The notes under the pieces were generated by a model. It saw nothing but the letters and a program-made list of their open reading frames with translations. It had not been told where the DNA came from and did no database searches. 64,000 nt of DNA from Porphyromonadaceae bacterium UBA7087 (lineage in GTDB: Bacteria; Bacteroidota; Bacteroidia; Bacteroidales; Muribaculaceae): the NCBI GenBank assembly GCA_002493515.1, contig DKYZ01000084.1:9-64008 (forward strand), given 5' to 3'. Both the position numbers and the translations under genes were made by a program. The number at the start of each line of letters is the position of its first letter. Within the stretch, counting starts at the first letter, position 1. Positions 30,320 to 38,852 of the stretch are shown one piece after another.

Positions 30320-31812
30320 TGCGGTAACGTTATTGTGAAGCAAGTGCCCCTCCCTTCAATACTTTCAACTGATATTTCCCCTCCGTGGGCCTCAATAAGA
30401 AGTTTTACATACGCCAGACCGAGACCCATGCCGGGCTGTTCACCAGCCGACGCCTTTCCCCGGTAGAAACGCTTGAATATATGCTTGATATCGCCGGACG
30501 GAATTCCGTTGCCGTTATCACTTACCATAAGCTCCACGAATCCCTCTCTCTCTCTTGCCGAAGCATTTATCTCCACAGACACCCCGGAATATTTCACAGC
30601 ATTCTCCACAAGATTATTCAAAATATTATAGAGGTGGGAACGGTCGGCAGAGACCACGAGCTCCCGGTCGATACCATTGCTGACCGTAACTTTCTTATCT
30701 GCCGGCGACACTATGGCAGATGCCACTGCCTCAAAAAGATCATGAAGATTGACGCTCTGGATGTTCAGGGGAATCTGCTCCACATTATTGAAAGTTATGT
30801 CGCGAAGCTTTGAGAAATAAGACGAAAGATTGTCGAGCGCATTGCGGGTCTCAGCCAGAATCTCTTTTCTCACCTGCGTGTCGCCCATCATCCGCTCGTT
30901 GTCAAGACCTGAGACACACATCTTCAGAGTGGAGATCGGGCGTTTCAGCTCATGTATCATGGTAGTGATGAAGCCATTGCGCATCCTGTCCAGGCGAGAC
31001 AGTTTCAGAACCGTTGAGAATTGCAGCGCAAGGCAGACGATAAGCAGCACGGACACCAACAATGATATTATAAGCGTCTGCCACATTCCGGGCAGAACGT
31101 CAAGAGGATTGATTCTGCTTACGATAATGGCAGTAAGACCCTGCAACTGGGAATAGGGTATCGTCAGCGACACCTCGGGAGAAAATACCGATTTATGATT
31201 CTCTATTTTGGTCCGCCAGATCGTGCTGTCGGCCTTATGCAAGGTTATGTCAGCCCTGATGCCCTCTTTTCTTAACAAAGAGTCGATTCCGTCGGCCCGG
31301 AACGGGCATTTCCGCTCGACATTCACATTATTCGTAGCGCTCCATGCCTCGTTTTCATCCCTGGCTCCGGAGGCATCAAATACCGCCGAGTCGGCTGGCT
31401 CTTCCATTTGTTGCTGGGCCAGCTCCGCCGCCTTCGCCTTCTGCTCAGCCGTCAGTGGCGTACCCGGCTCCAGACCGAGCAGCTCATGGGCCGAAAAGAG
31501 ATATGTATATATTCTGGCAGTGCGGGTCGTCTTTACAGTATCCCCGTATTCCTGCTGTAGTGAGAATGCCGGCAAAGAGAAAGCATCGGCTCCGTTTCCT
31601 CCCTGCTTCAGAGAATCTGTTCGTGTGTTTGACGTCTTCTCACGAATTGACTTATAGTCGTCAACACACTTCAAAATCTTTTCTGTCAGATTACGCTCAT
31701 AGTCACTCAGCGCAAACTCATAGCGCCCATACAGCCAATAGACCTGCATCCCCAGGAATGCGAGGATAGCCACTATGGTGATTATGTATAATGTCTTTAT
31801 CCGTCTTTCCAT
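30316..31812 (-). CDS. Sensor histidine kinase with periplasmic domain
   Basis: Two TM segments; HELKRP, NLVENAVKYS, DNGNG and GMGLGL boxes. Confidence 0.93.
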   Translation of the reverse strand: MERRIKTLYIITIVAILAFLGMQVYWLYGRYEFALSDYERNLTEKILKCVDDYKSIREKTSNTRTDSLKQGGNGADAFSLPAFSLQQEYGDTVKTTRTARIYTYLFSAHELLGLEPGTPLTAEQKAKAAELAQQQMEEPADSAVFDASGARDENEAWSATNNVNVERKCPFRADGIDSLLRKEGIRADITLHKADSTIWRTKIENHKSVFSPEVSLTIPYSQLQGLTAIIVSRINPLDVLPGMWQTLIISLLVSVLLIVCLALQFSTVLKLSRLDRMRNGFITTMIHELKRPISTLKMCVSGLDNERMMGDTQVRKEILAETRNALDNLSSYFSKLRDITFNNVEQIPLNIQSVNLHDLFEAVASAIVSPADKKVTVSNGIDRELVVSADRSHLYNILNNLVENAVKYSGVSVEINASAREREGFVELMVSDNGNGIPSGDIKHIFKRFYRGKASAGEQPGMGLGLAYVKLLIEAHGGEISVESIEGRGTCFTITLPQ

Positions 31813-31873
31813 ACCGCAAAATTACTAAAACACCGTCGATTATAATGCCTGTGTGCCAAGCTATTTTCTTGAC

Positions 31874-31952
31874 AGTAATAATTTAGTAATAATCCCATAA
31901 TGTTTGAGTAATGATTATTTTCGGCGTGAGGGGAAATAACGGTGTAACTTTG
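31874..31952 (+). promoter_or_regulatory. Four 11-bp-phased direct repeats plus -7 box of the GLPGLI operon
   Basis: AGTAATAAT 31874, AGTAATAAT 31885, CATAATGTT 31896, AGTAATGAT 31907; TAACTTTG 31945-31952. Confidence 0.65.
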
Positions 31953-31986
31953 CGGCGTGAAACAAAAACAACAAAATACCAACGAT

Positions 31987-32871
31987 ATGAAGAAAACATT
32001 TTTTATCCTCGCCCTAATGGCCGTCACGGCCACCATCACCACTGCCAGGACAGTGCGCCGACAGCTCAGCATCTTCCAGTCTTCCGTGCCGGAGACCGAG
32101 ACTCTCGCTCCGGAGAACATGGAGTTTGTCTACGACTACCGCTTCTGCGTGGACACCACCGGAGCCTTGAAGGAGAACTATGACAGCGACAACATGCTGC
32201 TCCAGATTGGTCCCGACGGCCTGTCGAAGTTTTCCAGCTACAAAAACCTCACCGTTGACTCAATTCTCATGCGCTCCACCCAGGAACAGATTGCGGACGC
32301 CGCCAAAGAAGGCAAACTCAGCACGGGCGAGTTCATGACAATCTTCAAGAACTATCCTGCGGCGGGAATACTCACCCACACCGAGAAGATATGTCAGGAC
32401 TGGTTCCGCTATGATGAGGAGATGCCCTCGCTCGACTGGGAACTGACCGACTCGGTCACAAACGTGCTCGGTTACGAGTGCCGAAGCGCGCGCTGCAATT
32501 ACCGTGGCCGCAAGTGGACGGCGTTCTACACCGAGGATATTCCGTTGATGGACGGCCCATGGAAACTACACGGTCTTCCCGGCCTGATCATGAAGGCATC
32601 GGATGCGGACGGACATTACACATTCGAGTGCATCGGCATAAAATCGAAGGCAGACCGTCCCATCACCATATATAAGGTGCCGTTCAACAAGACAGACCGG
32701 AAGGGTTATTATGACGCGAGACATCGCTACGAGGTAAATCCATATACCTACTATGAAGCGACCACAGGAGGGCATATTACCGTCACTGACGGAGCCGGCA
32801 ACCCTACCCTCGACGCATATGATCCGATTGAATTGCCATACGACTATCTCGAAACAGACTGGAAGAAATGA
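31987..32871 (+). CDS. GLPGLI family protein
   Basis: Signal peptide; LGYEC..A, RGRKWTAFYT.DIP and GPWKLHGLPGLI. Confidence 0.92.
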   Translation: MKKTFFILALMAVTATITTARTVRRQLSIFQSSVPETETLAPENMEFVYDYRFCVDTTGALKENYDSDNMLLQIGPDGLSKFSSYKNLTVDSILMRSTQEQIADAAKEGKLSTGEFMTIFKNYPAAGILTHTEKICQDWFRYDEEMPSLDWELTDSVTNVLGYECRSARCNYRGRKWTAFYTEDIPLMDGPWKLHGLPGLIMKASDADGHYTFECIGIKSKADRPITIYKVPFNKTDRKGYYDARHRYEVNPYTYYEATTGGHITVTDGAGNPTLDAYDPIELPYDYLETDWKK

Positions 32872-35402
32872 ACAGATACAGTTTTTTCATACTTTGCATG
32901 CTCCTCGGGCTGCTGTCGACCTCGGCAGCAGTGCCGGGTGAACTGCGCGGCATCGTTACAGACGCCGATACCGACGAACCCGTGGTCGGATGCATCGTGA
33001 AATCAAAAGGAGCCTTTACCTCCACCGATAAAGAAGGACGCTTTACCATAAGCCCTAAGGAAGGCGCAGACTCAGTGTCATTCCGCTTCATGGGCTATGA
33101 ATCACGTTCCCTGCCCATAACCGCAGACTTCTCGTCCGTACGGCTGAAGCCGAAAGCCACACAGCTTAAGGATGTGATCGTGGAGGCTCCGGATATTTAC
33201 GCCAACGGGGATACTTTGGTATTCAATGTGGCGAAATACGCCAACGCAAAAGACAATGCCATCATCGACGTCATCAAGCGTCTTCCCGGCATCAAGGTCG
33301 AGGAGGACGGCACAATTAAATATCAGGGGAAGCCTATCAATAAGTTCTATCTCGACGGCAATGACTTCATCGGCGGCCAGTATGGGCTTGCCACCAACAA
33401 TATCTCCCACAAGGATGTGGCCTCAGTTGAGGTGATGGAGAACCATCAGCCCGTGAAAGCCCTCGAAGGGATTGAATTCCCCGAGGAGGCCGGTATAAAC
33501 CTGAAGCTGAAAGAGGATGCCCGAAGCCGCTGGGTAGGTGTGGCACAGGCTGCCGCCGGTATACAGCCGTTTCTTTACGACGGTTCGCTCTACACCATGC
33601 GCATCGCTCCCAAAAATCAGAATATCATAACTCTCAAGGCTGACAACACCGGCTGGAATCCTGCAAACGAGATACAGGAACACGACTTCAGCGACATGTT
33701 CTCCTCAGACTACTCCCCGACCCTCTGGCCGGAATATATCTCAGCCGACATTATAGACGCTCCGCTTTCGGAGAAGCGTACCCGAGACAATCTTTCATGG
33801 CTTGCCAACGCTATTACGGCATGGAAGGCGGGCGACACATCGATGCGTATCATACTCAACTATATGGGTGACCGCCTCGATTATAATTCGGGGGTGACAA
33901 CAGATTATTTCAGCGACCAGATACCTGCATTCATCCAGAATAACTCGCAACGGACGCAGACCCACGACGTTTCCGCCCAGTTCTATAGCGAGACCAACAA
34001 GCGCGGCTATTTCCTGAAGGAGAAGCTTACCCTGTCAGGCATCTGGGAAAAGTCGAGCTCTGCCATCACCGGTTCGTTTGACCTCTCACAACGCGTCAAC
34101 CGAAAAAACTTATCGGCATGCAACGACCTGAAACTCGTGAAGCGCAACGACAAGAAACTCTTCACCCTGATTTCACGCAATTCATTCGAGCATCATCCGG
34201 ACCATCTTATTGTGGCCGCCATCGAAGATGCGGCACAGAGTCTCGCCACAACCGATTTCCGCAGCACAACGGAAACAAAATTCGGAAAACTAACCCGTTT
34301 CTGGAAATATTATGTCTCCGCCGGTCTTGACCTCGACTACCACCGGATGAACTGCTCGCTTACCGGACTTGGAGAATTTGACAATGCCGGTATCCATGAG
34401 GCATTCCTGTCAAATCTATATGCCACTCCGCAGGTGGATTATGAACGCAATGGATGGAGAGCATCCTTCACCATGCCGTTGAAATGGCTCCATTACTCGG
34501 TAGCGGGACAGCACGACTACATCAACGCCTCGCCGCGACTATATCTGAAAAGACAGCTCTCGGCCAAGTCCGATTTCTCGGCTTCTGTCGCTTACCGTCT
34601 CGGCTCGCCGAAACCATATCTGAACATAACTGTGCCGGTACTTTCCGACTACCGCAATCTGTTCATAGCCGAAAACCCCGACAAATACTCGCAAGACGTT
34701 GCGGCAACAATCTCCTACCGCTATCGGAATCCGTTGAAGTCTCTGTTTTTCAATCTCTCGGCAACCTATAACCATAGCCGTAGCCAAATAATGTCAAACC
34801 AATTGTTTGTCGGGGATTTCATCGTTTCAACTTATGCCGACCGGCTTTATCACGCCGACACCTGGTATGCAAAAGGTGGATTCAGCAAAGGGCTCGGACA
34901 CAGCAAGATGGTTGTCGGTTGCGATATCGATGCCTCTGTCTCGTCGGCATCTTCCATGCGCGACAATTCCGTAATACCGTATCGCCAGTTGACAGCAGGC
35001 CTGAAACCTTATTTCAAAGGGAGCATCTGCCGATGGCTCTCCGCAAACTATGAGGCAGCCTATGGTTTCTCAAGGCTCAAAATCGACAGCGAGACAAACG
35101 ACTGTCATACCTTCCATCAAAACCTTTTCGCTACCATAATACCGAACGACCATGTTCAGTTCACTGTCAGTGCAGAACATTTCCTGACCCGTTTTCCCGA
35201 AGGAAACACCGCCAACCTCGTACTCCTTGACGCATCGGCGGTATGGCGTCTGAACGCAAAGGTACGCCTGTCGCTCACAGCCAACAACCTGCTCAACCGC
35301 CGCAATTACGAATACGTCAACTACGGCACCCTCTCCCGCTCCGAACACCGCTTCCAGCTCCGCCCCCGCAGCCTCCTCGCCTCCATCCAATACCGTTTCT
35401 GA
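32868..35402 (+). CDS. Outer-membrane barrel protein, TonB-receptor-like, with carboxypeptidase-regulatory-like N-domain
   Basis: GIVTD..T.EP, FMGY, DVIKRLPGI and VEVMENHQP; C-terminal YRF; ATGA coupling to GLPGLI. Confidence 0.85.
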   Translation: MNRYSFFILCMLLGLLSTSAAVPGELRGIVTDADTDEPVVGCIVKSKGAFTSTDKEGRFTISPKEGADSVSFRFMGYESRSLPITADFSSVRLKPKATQLKDVIVEAPDIYANGDTLVFNVAKYANAKDNAIIDVIKRLPGIKVEEDGTIKYQGKPINKFYLDGNDFIGGQYGLATNNISHKDVASVEVMENHQPVKALEGIEFPEEAGINLKLKEDARSRWVGVAQAAAGIQPFLYDGSLYTMRIAPKNQNIITLKADNTGWNPANEIQEHDFSDMFSSDYSPTLWPEYISADIIDAPLSEKRTRDNLSWLANAITAWKAGDTSMRIILNYMGDRLDYNSGVTTDYFSDQIPAFIQNNSQRTQTHDVSAQFYSETNKRGYFLKEKLTLSGIWEKSSSAITGSFDLSQRVNRKNLSACNDLKLVKRNDKKLFTLISRNSFEHHPDHLIVAAIEDAAQSLATTDFRSTTETKFGKLTRFWKYYVSAGLDLDYHRMNCSLTGLGEFDNAGIHEAFLSNLYATPQVDYERNGWRASFTMPLKWLHYSVAGQHDYINASPRLYLKRQLSAKSDFSASVAYRLGSPKPYLNITVPVLSDYRNLFIAENPDKYSQDVAATISYRYRNPLKSLFFNLSATYNHSRSQIMSNQLFVGDFIVSTYADRLYHADTWYAKGGFSKGLGHSKMVVGCDIDASVSSASSMRDNSVIPYRQLTAGLKPYFKGSICRWLSANYEAAYGFSRLKIDSETNDCHTFHQNLFATIIPNDHVQFTVSAEHFLTRFPEGNTANLVLLDASAVWRLNAKVRLSLTANNLLNRRNYEYVNYGTLSRSEHRFQLRPRSLLASIQYRF

Positions 35403-35487
35403 CAAACCAGGTTTCCGGCGGAACCTGATATAATCATCCCTTGGCATGTCGAATTGATTCGTCATGTCGTATTTACCATAAATACGT

Positions 35488-36174
35488 TCATTTGTTAAAA
35501 CAGTCTTCACCCCAACGGGCTACATTATTTTCTATATATTCAGCGATTCTGTTTCCATCATGCGTGCCGCGAATCACGTGATCATTAAAACGCGATTGCC
35601 ATCCGAACACAGCGTCAATACTCCTGGCATACTTTGTCACAACACCTTTCAACGAGTTTACATATCGGCTCAACGTAGGGACATGCCTCCGGCATGTTTC
35701 ATGGGGCCGTTCATATGGATTGGGATTTCGCAGATCTGAGTCAAGGATGTTTGAGCCACATGCCGAAGGCGTGTCCTTATGGCTACATGCCGAAGGCATG
35801 TCCCTACGGGTGTTGACACATACAATCATGTGGAGATGGTTTGGCATTATCACATATAAAGGCACTTCTATCTCAGGGAAATATTTCGAGGCATTTATTA
35901 GTTGTTCGTTAAGGAATGAACCAATTGGGGAAAGCAACATCTGTCCATCGCGGATAGTTCCGAAGTAATGCATTTTGTTATGGGTGCATATGGTAATAAA
36001 GTAGATGCCTTCCTCATAATCAAAGAAGGCTGCTCGCGGTGTTTTACGATACTGTTCCTTGCCCGGAGCTTCCGTAGGGACATGCCTTCGGCATGTAGAT
36101 TCTGTTGATGCATTGTCCGTTAGGACATGCCTTCTGCATGTTGCATCCGTTGATGTCCTTTTTGGTTTGGTCAT
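35488..36174 (-). mobile_element. REP-associated tyrosine (Y1/HUH) transposase, RAYT/TnpA-REP
   Basis: YFITICT, YVIMPNHLH (HUH), WQSRFNDHVIR and EYIENN (catalytic Tyr); associated GTAG REPs. Confidence 0.9.
35675..35807. repeat. REP cluster 1: three 23-nt REPs inside the RAYT ORF
   Basis: GTAGGGACATGCCTCCGGCATGT 35675-35697; inverted copies ACATGCCGAAGGCGTGTCCTTAT 35758-35780 and ACATGCCGAAGGCATGTCCCTAC 35785-35807. Confidence 0.9.
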
Positions 36175-36221
36175 TTCAATATTTGTTTATCCATTTCAAC
36201 ATGCCGAAGGCATGTCCCTAC
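36074..36221. repeat. REP cluster 2: three 23-nt REPs spanning the RAYT start codon
   Basis: GTAGGGACATGCCTTCGGCATGT 36074-36096; GTTAGGACATGCCTTCTGCATGT 36119-36141; inverted copy ACATGCCGAAGGCATGTCCCTAC 36199-36221. Confidence 0.9.
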
Positions 36222-36286
36222 GTGTGACAGTCAACAATTTGTTTCTGTATACTCGTATTATTGTCCTGATTCACGGCATTCAGACT

Positions 36287-36325
36287 GCAAATATAGCAAA
36301 TATTTGCCAAATTTGATTAACTTTG
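36287..36325. promoter_or_regulatory. Back-to-back -7 promoters for the RAYT (-) and the beta-helix gene (+)
   Basis: TATATTTG on the minus strand (36295-36288) and TAACTTTG on the plus strand (36318-36325). Confidence 0.6.
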
Positions 36326-36408
36326 TGGGATTGAAACCAAAGAATAACCGACATGGCCGGCATAAGGCGTAAGCCAAGTGCGGCTGTATCTTTTGAGTAT
36401 AAATTACT

Positions 36409-38766
36409 ATGAGAGCATATGCATTATTGATTCCGGCTGTCCTGGCAGCCAGCTCCTTGCCGTCTTACGGACTGCCGCAAGGAAAGATTCCACCTGATGC
36501 GGTGTTTGTAAGCACAGACGCCGCCGCTGATATCGCAGATGGTTCCATCGAACGTCCGTTCCGCAGTATCGAGCAGGCCCGGGACCACATAAGGACGATG
36601 AAAAGAAACAAGGGGCAACGGGCATCCATCTTCCTGCGTGAAGGAATTTACCATATCGACAAGCCGATAAAGCTTGACAAGGAAGACTCATACGTCACCA
36701 TAATGCCCTGGAACGGAGAACGTGTGGAACTGACCGGGGGCAGAATCCTCGACAATGCCAAATTTCGGAAAGCCACCGTTGCTTCCGGAAAAAGATTCAC
36801 ATCAAAATCCCGTCTGAAACCCGGTATGGAACAAAAGGTATACGTCTACGATCTGAAGGGTGACGGCATTCCCGTTGGCGCAATACTCAAAAACGGCGGC
36901 GGATGGGATGCCAAAGAACTTCCTCCAGAACTGTCGGTTGACGGTAAAACCCAGACTCTTGCGAGATACCCCAACGGCGACAGTGATTTTCTCACCGGAA
37001 AAAACATCCGATGTCTTGATCAGGGCTCGGTGCCAAGAGATTTCATCGGGAAATCGCCATCACGGAGCAATGCCGAACTGTTGAGTATGAAATCACCTGT
37101 ATTCCAGGCCACTTCACTTCCTGAAAACTCGCGTAAATGGGCAGCCCCCCATGGCAGAACCGACAACTCCAGATACGAGACCGACGGCTGGCTGTCGGGA
37201 CGTTTCGCCGTGCTTTGGGCTGAAGACAACTGCCGCATAGCATCGCGCGACGGCGACGAGATCCGTTGCGAATACCCATCGATGTATGGCGTACATGGAA
37301 ACAACATGAAACTCCGCGCCACAAATCTCCTCTGTGAACTTGACGAACCGGGAGAATACTACATCGACCGATTCAACGGCAACGACATACTTTACTATTA
37401 TCCTGAGAACGGCAGCCTTGAAGGCAAGGAGATAATGCTCTCGACGTCCGACAACCTGATAATGGACATCGACTGGACCTCAGGACTGGAGATCGTTGAC
37501 ATCATATTCAGCGGCACTAAATCATCCGCGATGAATCTTAAGGACTGCGACAAGACGCTGATTGACGGATGCGAGTTCTACAACATCAGCAAAAACGCCG
37601 TTGAAATCGAAGACAACACCAAGCTGAATACTGCCAATGTCGTGTCAAACTGCCGTATTCACGACATGGGATACGGCGGCGTTTTATTATCCGGAGGAGG
37701 CAGAAAACAACTGCTCAGGAGCAATGACGTGGTCAGAAACTGCGAGATAAGCAATTTCTCACGTCTGAAATCCTACACGCCGGCCATCACCCTGCATGGC
37801 ATGGGGCATACGGCGGAATACAACTATATCCATGACGCCCCGCATATGGCAATTCTGATAAAGGGCAACGACAACCTCGTGAGCCACAACAAAATAGTCA
37901 ACACATGCAACAACACCGGAGACATGGCTCCGATATATCTGGGACGCGACCTGATGATGCTCGGCAACGAGATATCATACAACTATATCGAGAACGTCAA
38001 TTCCGATACCAAGGAAATCTACGGAATTTATTTTGACGACAGTGCCTCAGGGGGCATCATACGCGGAAACGTCCTGAAAAACATAGGCGGTTCCGGAATA
38101 CTTCCCAACAAAGGTTTCGGATACTACATCACCGACAACATCTTCATAGACATTCCCGGAAGCTATGTGCTTTTCTCTACCTACGGCACCCCGCAATGGA
38201 AACGGCCCGTGCCTAACGAACAGGATCTTAAGCACTCCTTCTACAACTGTATGGCCACAAAACAGGAATCGATTGAAGCAGGCGCGGCCGCTCCCACGGA
38301 CGCAAATAACGGAACCTGGAACATTCCTGAGAATATAAGGAAATGGATAGAGCATTACGACAGCCTCTACAACGGGCTGCCCGATTATTCAAAGAAACTA
38401 CGTTTCCGTTTCTCACTCGGAAAGAAATACTTCCCGGCTCCGGATAATTCCACCACAGCCTTCTCCGACCCCAACTCACTGCTGTGTGGCGCCAACATGA
38501 CAATAATGCGCAATGTCACCGCCAACGCCGGAGACCTTACGATATTCAGAAGTCTTTATGGAGGCAGCAACTCATCTTACACCGATCCCGCCACATTCGA
38601 CACATTCCGCTTCAGGACCGGAAACGAGGCCGATCTCAAGCTCGACCTGACGACCGGGAAAATCGCTATGGACAGCCCATTGGCCAAGGCAAAAGGATAT
38701 GGACCGGAATGGATACGCCGATGGAACAAGAATTTCACCCTTTCCGGAATCGGCCCGCAAAAATAA
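36409..38766 (+). CDS. Secreted right-handed parallel beta-helix protein (GH141/lyase-like)
   Basis: Signal peptide; DGSIERPFRSIEQA, LREGIY, LARYPN and ELDEPGEYY; Asn-ladder repeats; GIYFDD. Confidence 0.8.
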   Translation: MRAYALLIPAVLAASSLPSYGLPQGKIPPDAVFVSTDAAADIADGSIERPFRSIEQARDHIRTMKRNKGQRASIFLREGIYHIDKPIKLDKEDSYVTIMPWNGERVELTGGRILDNAKFRKATVASGKRFTSKSRLKPGMEQKVYVYDLKGDGIPVGAILKNGGGWDAKELPPELSVDGKTQTLARYPNGDSDFLTGKNIRCLDQGSVPRDFIGKSPSRSNAELLSMKSPVFQATSLPENSRKWAAPHGRTDNSRYETDGWLSGRFAVLWAEDNCRIASRDGDEIRCEYPSMYGVHGNNMKLRATNLLCELDEPGEYYIDRFNGNDILYYYPENGSLEGKEIMLSTSDNLIMDIDWTSGLEIVDIIFSGTKSSAMNLKDCDKTLIDGCEFYNISKNAVEIEDNTKLNTANVVSNCRIHDMGYGGVLLSGGGRKQLLRSNDVVRNCEISNFSRLKSYTPAITLHGMGHTAEYNYIHDAPHMAILIKGNDNLVSHNKIVNTCNNTGDMAPIYLGRDLMMLGNEISYNYIENVNSDTKEIYGIYFDDSASGGIIRGNVLKNIGGSGILPNKGFGYYITDNIFIDIPGSYVLFSTYGTPQWKRPVPNEQDLKHSFYNCMATKQESIEAGAAAPTDANNGTWNIPENIRKWIEHYDSLYNGLPDYSKKLRFRFSLGKKYFPAPDNSTTAFSDPNSLLCGANMTIMRNVTANAGDLTIFRSLYGGSNSSYTDPATFDTFRFRTGNEADLKLDLTTGKIAMDSPLAKAKGYGPEWIRRWNKNFTLSGIGPQK

Positions 38767-38777
38767 ATACGGTTGGG

Positions 38778-38836
38778 ATAAGACAAGATGAGAGCGCCGG
38801 GACCATGAGGGTTCCGGCGCTCTCATCTTGTCTTAT
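38778..38836. terminator. Long bidirectional hairpin terminator
   Basis: Perfect 23-bp inverted repeat between convergent genes. Confidence 0.8.
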
Positions 38837-38852
38837 ATATTCTGTCTGTATA

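Noticed and set aside
35488-36174. IS200/IS605 insertion sequence
   Set aside because: No tnpB and no IS-end hairpins seen; motifs and REPs fit a RAYT
35675-36221. Six 23-nt repeats as a possible CRISPR array
   Set aside because: Mixed orientation, irregular spacing, GTAG feet, no cas genes; they fit REPs
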